Assembly (NCBI GenBank): GCA_964016885.1
Contig: OZ024741.1
Location: 332,878,001 to 332,942,000 of the forward strand
Direction: 5' to 3'
Origin: Eledone cirrhosa
Taxonomy: Eukaryota
DNA length: 64,000 nt
Shown: positions 51,531-64,000 of the stretch, piece after piece
Numbering within the stretch: position 1 is the stretch's first letter
How the letters are laid out: every line of letters begins with the position of its first letter
Position numbers and translations under genes: made by a program
Notes under the pieces: generated by a model
The model's input: the letters and a program-made list of their open reading frames with translations, nothing else
Database searches by the model: none
What the model was told of the DNA's origin: nothing

Positions 51531-51590
51531 TTCTTCTTCTTCTTCTTCTTCTTCTTCTTCTTCTTCTTCTTCTTCTTCTTCTTCTTCTTC
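51531..51590. repeat. (TTC)n microsatellite
   Basis: Seen directly. Confidence 0.95.
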
Positions 51591-52272
51591 CTTATGTAGC
51601 TTTCTTATCACAAATCACCTGAAACTGTTAGTTTTAGAGTGTTTGGTATAGTATGGTCCCGTAACTCCTGATGGAATCATAGGGGTGCTGTAGTTGCATA
51701 CAGTATTTCTTGGGCATTTTAAGCCTGGCAACGTCCATCCATCTCCAGGTCTGAACACAGCAGATTTCTTCCAGAGAAGGATACAAATTGAGAGAGAAGG
51801 TGTACGAAAGAGATATAGAGAAAGTGTTTATATTTATTTCAAAACTTCCATTATAATTTTATATAAGAACCTTTGTGAAGTTATATTTCAAACAACAACT
51901 TAATAACAAAGTGAAAGTTAGGTATATTACTAACTAAATCCGTTCAAATTCTTGATTATTTTCTAAATTATTTGAAAATTATAGGCAGTACATTTTATTA
52001 GAAATATGGTAATGAAAAGAGTTAAAGAGATTAGAGATAAGCAGTGACAAAATGACATAAGAAAAAAGGATGTAAAGGTAGATAAGGAGATTTAAAAGGA
52101 ATGTGGCTTCTAGGAAGAGTTTGGTTTGAAAGTTATTTATACATTGTTCGATTTTATTAGTTATAGTGACATGTAGCAATCTTGAAATGGAAATGTGATT
52201 GTAAATGCCAATATTTATTTCATATAAGATAGCGAATTATATTTATTATTTAACCCTTTGAGAGGGCAGTGG

Positions 52273-52490
52273 ACTGGCAGTATTGGTAGATTGTGGTACA
52301 ATATGCTTTGCAGCTTAGAGTTATGGACCTTTATGTTCTGGGTTCAAATCCTGCTGTGGTTAGCATTGCCTTTGATCCTAACAGGGTGAATAAAATAAAG
52401 TAACAGTAATGCACTGGTGTCGATTGATTTAATTAATTTTCACCTCCCCCAAAATTGTCTGCTTTGTGCCTAAATTAGAAACTGCTATTG
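52273..52490 (+). mobile_element. tRNA-SINE (Meta-like domain), longer variant
   Basis: TGGCAGTATTGGTAGA, GGGTTCAAATCC, core and tail. Confidence 0.75.
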
Positions 52491-53215
52491 AACCCTTTTG
52501 ATACCAACACACCAAAAACTGCCGCTGTTTCTCTGAAACAAAACACCCCATTTTAAAGGGTTCCTATTTAAATTAAATCCATCCAACATAATTTGATATA
52601 AGAACTTTTTGTTATGTTAGAAATATCATTTTAATTAAGATATAATTAATAATTTTAGTAAATCCCTCCTATTATGATCTTTTCTGTAATATTCTAAGAT
52701 TTGCTTCTGTATAGTGGCCAAGACCTATTTGTGTTATTCCCTATGATGGTTTCTTTGTTCACCTATCTCTCTGGGTCTATCCAGAGAACTGCAGGTGGTG
52801 GATGAAGTGCTCTCTAATTCTATTGAGTTGCTCATGCAGGACACATTTTTCCTGGTTTAGCAGAAAATATCTAAAAACGGAGGTTTGTTAATTCAAATAT
52901 TTATAAAATCTTTATTTATTGACAGTAAAAGATTAAAGAGGGTGAATCTCACTAGAAAGTAATTATATTGTGAAGTACAAAAAAAAAAAAAAAGAAAATA
53001 TTAAGTCTAGCTATTGATTAATATTATTTTGAGTTTTTTTGGCATTTATGGAAGATAACTCAACTAGTTTCAGTATTATAGATTTCCCTGAAAATATTGA
53101 TTTGAAACATAGTCACAGGGTGTTGGTCAAACCAAAGCTATGATAAAAGATACAGGCATAAAGTGGTTTACGTTGTTGTATTTAAATAGATCTATAGGTT
53201 AAACCATGGTTATAA

Positions 53216-53216
<1 letters not shown>

Positions 53217-53256
<40 letters not shown>

Positions 53257-54880
53257 AATTATTGTGTAAACTGCTCAGGTGCACTACAACTCGTCAAAGG
53301 TGCATGTATAGTACATAGAATAATATACAAATGTCAGGGAAATGAATAGTGTATGAGTCATGATATACATGTGTGTATGTGTATGGAGAGGGAATATTAG
53401 GTGTAGTGTTGGCGAATCTCAGGAAGCATGGAGGTTTTAAAGGATGCAGTGTCTTGACAGCTAATAAATAACTGATGCAGGTAGTTTGTTCCATGCTTCA
53501 GCAACTCTGAGCGTGAAAAAATGTTTCCGAAAATCATGGGAGCTGTGCTGTTTTCTGACTTTGTGGGCATGCCCATGTGTGTTAGACACATGGAAATCAA
53601 AAAGGTACTCAGGGTTGTTGTTGGCAAGATGGTAACAATTTTGTGGTTGTTTACCAAGTCAGTTGCCAGACGTTGGAGCTTGAATGTATCCATGCCCAGG
53701 GAAGCAAGGCGTTCTGAGTATGGTAGATGCCTGATGGAGGGTATTCGCTTGGTTGCACGTCTCTGAACAGTTTCCAGGTGGTCAATGTTCTGAGCAAGAT
53801 AGGGGTTCCAGACTGGTGATGCAAATTCTAAGTGTGGCCACACCATAGCTTTGTACAGCTTTAAATAGATAGCTGGAGAACAGCTGACAAAGGTCTTGCT
53901 GAGTGATGCTAAGACACCCTCGGCCTTCTTAACAATTTTAGAGACAGGTGATGTCTTCAAGAAACTTGATAAGTTGATCACAGCAGCTGGTGTTGGGGAT
54001 GAATCCAAATTGCGAGGGCCGGATAAGACTGTGAGAGTTCCAGAAGTTTCAAAGTGTTTCTCTGACACAGGATTCCATCAGTTTGGCAATGCAGCTAATA
54101 AGACTGACTGGACGATATTTCACAGGTGATGTGCGGTCACTCTTTTTAAACAGAGGAATGACACTGGCAGTTTTCCACTTTCTGGAGTAGCACCGTTGTT
54201 CAGACAGAATTGGAAGAAGTGTGATAGCTGGTGCAGAAGGAAGTACCTACCACGTTTGAGAAGCGGGTACGTAACACCATCAAGACCAGGAGAGGCATGG
54301 TTGTGTTTATTTTTAAGGTGATGTCACAGTATTGCAGGTGTAAATTCCAAGGTTGTAATAGAATCCGGTGTCATAGGTGGTGGAGACTCAATAGTTAAAA
54401 TGCCTGCATAGCATTCAGCAATGAGCTCTGCATATACCTTGGGGTCGTCAGTAACCTGGCTTGTGTGGGGATTGCGAAAAGGACCAACCGGAGAGTGAGG
54501 CCTCTGCTTTGAGTGAACATACTTCCAGAACACCTTACTGTCAGGGCTGGTTGCTATGCGCTGCTCAAATTGAAGCACTGCCTTTTTTGTCACCTGTTTG
54601 AGATGGTTGGATGATTTATTTTGCCTCTTCCTATTGATATCTGATTTATGCAGTTTCTACTCATGTTCAGCATTACAATGTTCTTTTCTGGCAAGACGGA
54701 CTGCTGCAGTCTCCCAAATTGCACTTTTTGGATGTCTTTTCTGCTTACGTGGCACCGATGCTGCACATACTGTCCATATTGAGCTCAGGATGTTCTAGAG
54801 TACAGTGTTGACATCTCCAGAGTCGTAGAACTCAAGCCAGTTTGGACGTTGCAACTCAGTGCATTAACAGTTCCAGATGA
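53217..54880 (-). mobile_element. CR1-clade LINE, RT core deleted at ~53940
   Basis: KVFWKYV, PLFKKSDRTSPVKYRPVSL..QFGF joined directly to KIVKKA..LYKAMVWPHLEFASPVWNP..LETVQRRATK..YSERL; (TTA)n tail. Confidence 0.9.
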
Positions 54881-57060
54881 TAGATATTATTTGCCTAATG
54901 TGATAAAACCAAGGATATGATAAAAGATACTTGACCAAGGTGCCAAGGTTTTATATCAAAATATATCTATTGGTATTGGTCAAACAAAGGCATTTATAGA
55001 AGATACTTGCTTAAGATTTCACATATTTGTCTATTTAAATACAAGGGTCTGTCTTTAAAACTGATAATAATTTCTAGTTTATGCACAAGGCAAGCAATTT
55101 GGGTGTGGGGGAATGTTGATTAAATCAACTTACCACTAGGTTATGTGCCCCCTCTTGGCTGCTACTTTATTTTATTGAACATGGAAGGATAAAAGGCAAC
55201 GTAGACCTCAATAGAATTTGATCTCACAACCTAAAGGGCCATAAACCAAATGCTGCAAAGCATTTTGTCCGATGCTCTAAGGATTCTGTCAATCCAACAG
55301 TCTTGTACGACTGCTAACAAATGTCTATGAGAATGTAAAAAAAAAGAAAAATAAAGAAAACCAAAACCACAATGAATTTATTTGCAATTAATGCACACTT
55401 GTACAGCTAATAAGTGCAATCCATTATAATTAATAATTAATGTTTCGATATTTGGCGATAAGTATAGATTTAAATATCTAATAATATAGTAATAATATTG
55501 ATGGTGATGTTGATTTAGGTGTTCTATTATTTGGTAAGTTACAGTATTATACTTTATAGAATATAATTTCATTTGGAAAACTACCAAGTCTGGTAATTCC
55601 ACTACTTTTCTATTGTTGTAAGTACAATGGTAAATATAAACACTGCACACTACATATACATACATGTTAGGAAGGTATTTAGATCTATCTATCTATCTAC
55701 ATATCTTTCTCTTTATATATAGCAGAGAAAACGAACGTTAAATGATGAGGATATATATATATATGTGTGTGTGTGTGTAATCATTATCATCATCATCATT
55801 TACATCCGTTTTGATTTGCTGAGAATAATACAGGAATTACTGAAGAGCCTAGAATTTTATGCCTAGCTACTAATCACACACACCTACATACATGCATGTA
55901 CACATACATACATACATACATACATACAAATATACATACACACAACCATCCAAACATACATGCATGTGTATGTGAGTGTAAATGCTTACATCCATTATGT
56001 TAAGTTGCTAAGGATTATACTATATTAACTCTGAAAAGAATGTGTAAATTTTAAACCTGTATTGTTCACTAATGCATTTGTATATCAAATTTTTATTTTA
56101 TTTTATTATATTATCATTTATTTTTATTTTTTATATTTGTCCTTCTTCATGACAATCTGGTGAATATGTAATGAAAGACTGCTAATGTCAAAGCCCGGAA
56201 GCTTCCTCTGTTCTTCACTTCCATAATGTTATTAACAGCTATAGAAATACAGCACTATCAGGGTTCCTGTACAGGGTTAACCCTAGCTTTTGTTTCTAAA
56301 CATCAGAACAGCTTACCAAATACATTATGTCAAACAACACCCCTCACAGATGAATAGTCTGCTCCAAAAATTCTCTTTAACCCTATTGGAATAGCTTACC
56401 AAATATATCAGGCCAACACCCCTGACATAGAAATATCCAGCTTTAAAGATTTTTATTATTTATTACCCTTTTGTTAACATATTTCTAATGAAAGCATGGG
56501 CTATGATATTCAGATAATTTTGAAAATAATCAAGAATTTGGAAGTATTTAGAAATATAATTAACCTCTTTATTATTAAGTTCTTGTTTGGAATATAACTT
56601 CTTACATAAAATTATGATGTAATTTGGTTTCAAGTAGGTTGATATTAAAACATATTAATAGTGGAGCAGGAAGCAAGTTTCTGTTTAACCCTTTTAATGC
56701 TAAACTGTCTGGAATTGCATTTGGTTCTATGATACAAAACTGTTTTATTTTTATGTGAAAAAGACCATCCTTCATAATTTTATGTAAGAAAATTAAGTTA
56801 TACACCAGTCACAGGTACAATCATGAGAAAGTAAGTTATTTGATTACAAAATCCCACCAAATTCTTGATTATTTTCAAAATTCATTGGAAATTATTGGCA
56901 GTATATTTCACTAGAATTATGTTAATGAAATGATCTCACTATTTATATTTCTCTAAACACTTTCCATCAAATTTTATGTAAGAAATTATCTTAAGTTCTC
57001 CAACATCAACTTAATAATGAGAAATTTAGTCATATTCCCATAAAATTCTTGATTGTTTTG

Positions 57061-57392
57061 AAAGTGCATAGATAATTGTTTCTACTTTTGGCACAAGGCC
57101 AGCAATTATCCCAGTGTATTACTGGTACTTTATTTTATCAACCCTGTAAGGATGAAAGACAAAGTTAACCTCGACGGGATTTGAACTCAGAATGGAAAGT
57201 GCATAGATAATTGTTTCTACTTTTGGCACAAGGCCAGCAATTAACCAGTGTATTACTGGTACTATATTTTATCGACCCCGTAAGGATGAAAGGCAAAGTT
57301 AACCTCGGCGAGATTTGAACTCAGAATGGAAAGGGCCATAACTCTTTGCGTCAAAGCATGGTGTCCGGCCCTCTACTGATACTGCCGATCCA
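57061..57392 (-). mobile_element. tRNA-SINE (Meta-like) with a 135-bp tandem duplication of its 3' part
   Basis: AAAGTGCATAGATAATTG recurs at 57061 and 57196. Confidence 0.85.
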
Positions 57393-57537
57393 AATGATAG
57401 GCAGTGTGTTTCATTAGAAATACGGTAAGGAAAGAGTTAAAAGAAATAGGAAACATGTCTTTGTTTAATCCTTTTGATACCAAACTGCCTGAAATCACCT
57501 CTAGTTCTATAAAACAACACTGTTTTAAAGTGTTTAT

Positions 57538-58028
57538 ATTTGAAAATTAGATAGTGAAATAAAACTTTCGCCGTATATTTTTGACTAAGTAAATTAGCCT
57601 AATAGTTGGAGTTATAAAAACGCACAGATTGGAAAAAGGATGATCATTGACGTACATGGGACACAAATCAATATCTTTGTAAACAAAGCTAATTTTCAAA
57701 ACAATGCTAAGCTCTGTACCTTATATATATATATATATGTATTCATACGCTATGACTATAAAGCTTCAAATTGAGTGGAAAATTGATGGGTGATGTATTG
57801 GTGTAATGGTTAACACAGTGGTCATGATAGTCAAAGATGTGAGTTCGTGTCCCATGAATGCTCACCCTTTTCCCAATCTGTAGGTTTTTATAACTCCAAC
57901 TATTAGGCTAATTTACGTAGTTAAAAAAATACAGCGGAAGTTCTATTTCACTATTTAATTTTCAAATTCTCTACTGTTTGTAAACAAAGCTAATTTTCAA
58001 AACAACGCTAAGCTCTGTATCTTATATA
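57538..58028 (+). mobile_element. tRNA-derived element with inverted plus direct partial duplication, copy 2
   Basis: A box TGGTGTAATGG and B box GAGTTCGTGTCC (~57790-57865); inverted arms 57538-57679 / 57832-57967; direct repeat 57676-57727 / 57977-58028. Confidence 0.75.
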
Positions 58029-59419
58029 CATATGATTATATTTGTCTAAAAACCTTCCATCGTAATTTTATGTAAGAACATTTGTCAAGTTATGTTCCAA
58101 ACACCAGTGTGATAATGAGAATGTTAGTTGCATTACTAAATCCTTCAATTTTCTTTATTATTTTCAAAAACGATTTGAAAATGATAGGTACTATCTTTTA
58201 TTAGAAATATAGTCTTGAAAGAGTTAAGATGTTACTAAGAAACAAGAAGATTTTCCATTAGACCAGAATCTTATAATTTATATCCATTGAATATAATCTG
58301 AAATTCTTGCCCAGGTAAAGAGATGCTGAGTATGTTCATGTGCATAATATAGTTATTAGTGTGAATTAAATAAGATTTAACATTGCCATAGATGACATCA
58401 AAACGTAGAAAAATTACTGACGAATAATATTTTACTTGGTTATCATTCAGGAACTTGAAATAGATAGAGAGATGAAATACAAAAAAAGGACATATTTACT
58501 TCAGAAGATATTTTCAGAAATAAAACTCATTTACAATTATTATTAATTTTTAAATCATTTTGTTTGTTTTTGGCAGTGTTTTTATTTGGTTTTGTTTTGT
58601 TTTTGTTCTTCTTTGGCCATTGTTTATTATAGGAAGAATTGAAATAAAAAAAATATATTTTCTGGTTATAATTTTGCATTTGTCAGAAACGAGGGGGAAA
58701 ACTCATAAAATGCCAGTCTGTCTTAGAAACTGAAATGCTTCACTGCAGGCATATATATTTATATATTTATATATTTATATAATTTATTTTTGTGTGTTTG
58801 TGTTGTTGGTAATTTTTTTATTTTTAAAGATTTTTCAGGATAAAATCTCAAAGTAATTTGATTTTTAAGATTATGTTTATTGCTTTATATCTTTGTTCTT
58901 GTCTTAAAGAGTATTTCATTTGTGTTTATATATGTGAGTATACACACATGTGTAATATATATGTGTGTGTGTGTATGTGCGTATGTATGTTTATATATAT
59001 GTGTGTATGTATATGTATGTATATATATATATGTGTGTGTATATATATGTATATATGTATGTATATATGCACTATATATATATAATATATATATATACAT
59101 AGTTCTTTTATCATGCACATAAGTCTGTTTAATTTCTTATCTCACAAAGGGCTGTTTGAACCAATGAGAAAATAAGTATTATTGCATTACAATAAGTATT
59201 ATTGCATTAAAGCAAATCAAAACCATTTTATTTATGTTTTTTTCTCTCTCTAAAAGACCAAAATATTATGGAAAGAATAGAATGATGAGAATGTGTAAAA
59301 CTTCCAAGATTTTTTTATTTTTAATCAATGAAATCTTTGTTTTGCTTCAAAACAAATCAATCATATTTTGAGAATATGCAAACACTTCTGTATAATACAC
59401 TTGAATACTCAGTTAGTGG

Positions 59420-59683
59420 GTGTTGTTGATGTTGTGGCTATAGTTGTTCTATTGCTATTCTACTAGTTGTACCAGTTATTGTGGCTGTTGTACCAGTTGT
59501 TGTGGTTATAGTTATTTTGGTTGCTATTCTACTAGTTGTTGCTGTTGTGGCTGTTGTTGTAGCAGTTGTTGTGGCTGTTGTTGTACCAGTTGATATGGCT
59601 GTTGTTGTACCAGTTGTTGTGGCTGTTGTTGTACCAGTTGTTGTGGCTGTTGTACCAGTTGTTGTGGCTATAGTTGCACTGGT
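59420..59683. repeat. GTT/GCT-rich degenerate repeat, left half
   Basis: Seen directly; continues at 61306. Confidence 0.85.
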
Positions 59684-61305
59684 CAAACATCACAATGAGT
59701 AAAACACAATTTAACTAAACTCATGTATTTTGTATCAGCTCCCTAACGTAGACGGTAGGTGGTTGCCAATCTTCCCTTACCTCAATGGTAACACTTAAAA
59801 ATGTAATGCTTTAAATATATGGAACAGCATGGATCATCTGACTGATAAAATGACAAGTTAGTCAATCATATTAGTGGCCTACCCACAGCCCCGGCGGACA
59901 GAATAGAGAAGGCGTTTTTCCAGAGGATGGCAAGGGATACACGCTGGAAAAGCCATTGCAACTCGCGAGGCTCACACCTGTGGCTGGTCAGCTCAGCGCC
60001 TATGGTGGCGAGTAGGGAGGTAGCTCTAGGGCCGAGGACACCAGAAGTCTCCACTGCCAAGGGTACAACCGCAAACCTGTTGGAGAGCGACCGGTATTTG
60101 AGGAGTTTGGCCTCCTCAGCCCGACGTGCAGCAGAACCTGGGTTAATCACAGAGTGCACCAGGTTGTGGCTGCAGAAATTGTCGGTGCAAGTGGCATCCC
60201 AGACGAAGGGTTTGCCACCGCGTAACGGAAAGATGGTCATGCCATCTGGCCTTTTGCCATCCCCCGATCCAGCCCCACTGGCTCGAGCTGGGAAGGGAAG
60301 CCTGCAGCGTCCAAGCCATGCTTTATGACCTTGTTGAGGGCAGCATGGCATGGAAGGCGGCAGGAAAGCGGGTGGAGGCCGAAAGAGTCCATGGTGGAAC
60401 CACAGCGACATTGGTGTGGCTCGCAGATCTGGAGGCCAAGCCTCAAGGAAATGCCGATGTGCAGGCTATTGTTATCTAGCTGCATGCCAGTGGAGAATGA
60501 GGGCATGGCATGGAGCCAGGCACCACTGTGGGGTTTGGAAGCCGCACAAAAACAGGCAAGGCGATGAGCTGGCTCGTGAGCCTGTCTGAAGCCAGGCTGC
60601 ACTGGATGGCATCCCAAATTCTTTGGGGGACTTGATGTCAGCAGGGGAGAAGGACGAGGGAGGTCTACTGAGCTAAGCGCCAGCCAGTCCCATGTCTCAC
60701 AGGTGGCCTCACGTTCCCTGAATATAGAGGGTTCTATTGTGCTTTGGAGAACCCTGCTGATGAGGACGTGGCATGAGGTTACCGACGAAAGAAACGCTGG
60801 CAAAGCCAGTGAGATCGGGGACCGGAGGCCAAGGCTGCCATACCTGATAGGTAAAGTGGCCTGTTGCCATCCAATGTTGTCAAACCTGACGTTGCATATC
60901 TCCTCGGCTGTTGCTTAGATACAAGAATCGAGGTCAGCGAGGAGAGATGCTTGGGTGTAGCACGGAGCGCTGCGAAGTGTATAGAGGAGCTTCGGCATGG
61001 CAAATCAGTTCCTCAACAGAAAGAGAGCTGAGTGGTCATCGATCAAGCCCAGTCAGCTCGTGAGGGTCTGGAGTTGTTGGAGCCTGGACCTGATAGTGGA
61101 GCAGATGGCCGGCTGGTCGATCGGTGACCTGAGGATGAGGACATCCTCTTTGGGGGGGGGGGGGGGTCACCTGTACCTGGTGAAGAATAGACCGCATGTC
61201 CGAGACAGAGGCTACAAAGCTCTCAGCATTGTGGCTGACATTCACCACCTCCGATTTGGACGAGTTGACCTGGAGGCTGATTACCGCCAGGGCAGGAACC
61301 ACCGA
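59684..61305 (-). mobile_element. CRE-clade non-LTR retrotransposon, 5'-truncated
   Basis: LQVNSSKSEV, SGAWLHAMP...LRLGLQICEPHQCRCG...GLHPLSC, GKRPDGMT...WDATCTD...AEEAKLLKY...PLAVETSG...LFQRVSLAI. Confidence 0.9.
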
Positions 61306-61840
61306 TTGCTATTCTATTAGTTGTTGCTGTTGTGGCTGTTATTGTACCAGTTGTTGTGGCTGTTGTTGTACTAGTCGTGGCTATAGTTGTTCTAGTTGCT
61401 ATTTTACTAGTTGTTGCCGTTGTTGCTATTGTTGTACTAGTTGTGGCTATAGTGGTACTGGTTGCTATTCTACTAGTTGTTATTGCTGTTGTGGCTGTTG
61501 TTGCTGTTGTTGTGCTAATTGGTGTGGCTGTTGCACTGGTTGCTATTCTTGTCATATTAGCTGCTATTCTACTAGCTGTTGTTGCCTTTGTGGTTGTTAT
61601 TGTGGCTGTTGTTGTACCAGTTGTAGCTATAGTTGTACTGGTTGCTATTCTACTAGTTGTTGTTGCTTTTGTGGCTGTTGTACTAGTTGATATGGCTGTT
61701 GTATTACTTGATATTCTTGTCATATTAGCTTCTATTCTGCTGGTTGTTGTTGCTGATGTTGTTATTATTGATATTGCAATAGTTGTTCTTGTTGATATTA
61801 TTGCTGTTGTTACTGATGTTGCTGTTGTATTAGTTGCTAT
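61306..61840. repeat. GTT/GCT-rich degenerate repeat, right half
   Basis: Same motifs (CTATTCTACTAGTTGTT, GTGGCTATAGTTG) as 59420-59683. Confidence 0.85.
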
Positions 61841-61841
61841 A

Positions 61842-63170
61842 TATGTAAGTGTGGTTGGTGTTAGGAAGGGCATTCAGCTTTAGAAACCAAGCCAGCAACA
61901 CTATGAGTAAGTCACAGTTACCTGATCTGACTTGTTTCACAATGGGACAACACAGGAAACATAGACGTTAAACAATGATGTTGACTATATATATGTATGT
62001 TGTGTGTGTCTGTGTGTGCACGTGTATGTGCACGTGTATGTATGTATATCTTTCATATGTTAGGAGATTTAGAAGTGAGTTTTTTCTGTTAGATAGAGTC
62101 ATAGAAAGTTATCTGTGGTCAGCTTGAACATAGCTGAGATATATGATGTAGAAGAAATTATAAAAACTTTCCTTACTCGAGTTCTTAATTCAAACTCATT
62201 TGCTGTGGAAATCTGTAGATTCAGCTTTCAAGTTGTCATATAAAAGCTGCATGGTGTGTTGAATATTTGTGGGTGGCCCAGGTTTGGCCAATAAATTCTA
62301 CATAAAAGAGAGAGAGAATTGGTCTCCCTTAGCAAACTCTGTGCCAGAATAAAGGGTATAACAACATCACTTAATGAACATCAGTACACAGATAAGGTGA
62401 CAGTTAGTGTAATGGTAACAGATAATTATCAATTCATCATCACACTGTAAAGTGGTCATTTTGGTACCACAGCTAAAGCACACAGCCTACAGCAAAAAGT
62501 GATCATTTTGGAGTCATGACAAAAAGCTCCCAGTCCACACTGTAAAGTGATCGTGTTGGTGACATGACAAAAAGTGCCAAGTTTTATGATGTAAAGTTGT
62601 TGATTTGGTGTCACAGCAAAGGGTGTCTAGTCCACACTGTAAATGTTGTTGGCATTAGGAAGTGCATCAGGCCAGAGAAACCAAACCAGAAACAATTCTG
62701 TATGAGCAAGACATGGTCATCTGATCTGGGTTTGTCTCACAATGGGACAACTCGTCTAACCCATGCTAGCATGGGAAAATGGATGTTAAACCATGATGAG
62801 GATGTATATGAAAGAATGGATGAAACTATCACTCTATATAAAACAAAGATCTTTAATCGGCCAGCATGCAACACACAGAAACTTTGTCCAGCAATGTCAG
62901 TATATGAATAGTTGTTGAAAAATGTAAATCCCTTCTAATATCTGGATAGCCATTTATCACCATCCTTTCTCCCCCACCCACATATACACACATGTGAACG
63001 CACACAGACACACACATATAACATAGTTGGCATTCTGAACGACATCCAGCTGTAGAAACCAAGCCAAAATACAGATCCTCATGAGCAAGATGTGGTCACC
63101 TGGCCTGAATTTTTTCATAACATGACAACCTGTCTGACACATGCAAGCATGAAAAGTGGGCATTGGTTAA
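61842..63170. mobile_element. Several RTE-tail SINE / 3' UTR fragments
   Basis: GTGGTTGGTGTTAGGAAGGGCA...ACGTTAAACAATGATG at ~61845-61980; similar at ~62440-62800 and ~63020-63170. Confidence 0.65.
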
Positions 63171-63248
63171 ATAGCCTCGTCTCTCTCAATCCATATTTTT
63201 GTGTGTATATATATATACACACAATTCAAATTATAAGATATATGTATA

Positions 63249-63321
<73 letters not shown>

Positions 63322-63488
63322 CAAAGAGATATTTAATTTGTTGGTAATTCAACAAATTTATTTATAACAGATTCGAAGACCTCAACACTTTCCTGGAGTA
63401 TAATATCAATGATATTAATAAATGGAAAACTATATTTATAAAACCATATTTATTTTATTATATATATTTCAAGGGTACCAAAAATCAT

Positions 63489-63554
<66 letters not shown>

Positions 63555-63556
<2 letters not shown>

Positions 63557-64000
63557 CTAGAGGCGACGGATGAGTTCTGTGGCTGGAGTAAGATCATAAG
63601 CAGGAGGAGAATGACTTGGTGGTGGAACAATAAGGTAGAAGAGGCAGTTAAGGTCAAGAGACAGGCATGGAAAGAATGAAAGAACGGGGGAAGCAGGGTA
63701 CATTACATAGAGACCAAGAGGGAAGCTAGGCGACAAGTATACTTAGCTAGGAGGGAAGCAGAGGATAGAAAATCCAAGCATGTTCTGCTACGTGAGGACC
63801 AGAAACAGGAGGTGTTCAAGATTGCGAGGCAGTGTGTTAGAGAGAATTGTGATGTTATTGGAGAGAAGTGTATCCAGAATGATAAAGGTGAGCTTGCCCT
63901 CACAAGTGCTGAGCAGAAAGATGCATGGAAAAGCCATTATGATAGATTACTAAATGAAGAGAATGCATGGGAAGAAGAGACCCTACCCCAAATTAGACCC
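63555..64000 (+). mobile_element. RTE LINE pre-RT region, runs off window end
   Basis: LEATDEFCGW...TWWWNNKVEEAVKVKRQAWKE...AKREARRQVY..., homologous to 25548-25930. Confidence 0.88.

Noticed and set aside
57790-57865. Functional tRNA gene
   Set aside because: A/B boxes are present, but the cloverleaf pairs poorly and it is part of a repeated element.
61196-61883. Thr-rich mucin-like or Cys-rich metallothionein-like ORFs
   Set aside because: Several frames are open simply because the GTT/GCT repeat lacks stops; no splice or domain support, and the repeat is split by a CRE insertion.

Overview
AT-rich, repeat-dense eukaryotic DNA. The SINE/LINE repertoire and (TA)n/(CA)n/(CAT)n microsatellites look like a cephalopod (octopus-like) genome; this is an inference. 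I can support no host gene exon. Nearly all long ORFs are decayed transposons or microsatellite artefacts. Transposons: mariner and maT (DD37D) DNA transposons, Helitron pieces, a Naiad-like Penelope element (RT + GIY-YIG), a near-full Tx1/L1-clade LINE, R4/Dong, two CRE-clade copies, several PHD-containing RTE LINEs, CR1, and many tRNA-SINEs. There are also 54-bp and 47-bp minisatellites. The standout signal is a set of small non-coding elements sitting in (TA)n tracts that carry hammerhead ribozyme (HHR) folds. (i) A retrozyme-like element at 43033-43930 has 305-bp direct repeats (593-nt period) and an HHR with a compensatory U3-A8 core and a 59-nt stem-II domain. (ii) The same HHR module is embedded in a different fold-back element at 41436-42280. 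(iii) A 368-bp palindrome with two minimal HHRs lies next to the Penelope ORF. (iv) A further two-copy HHR family is at 23.4 and 42.9 kb. All folds were derived by eye; none has been computed or tested.
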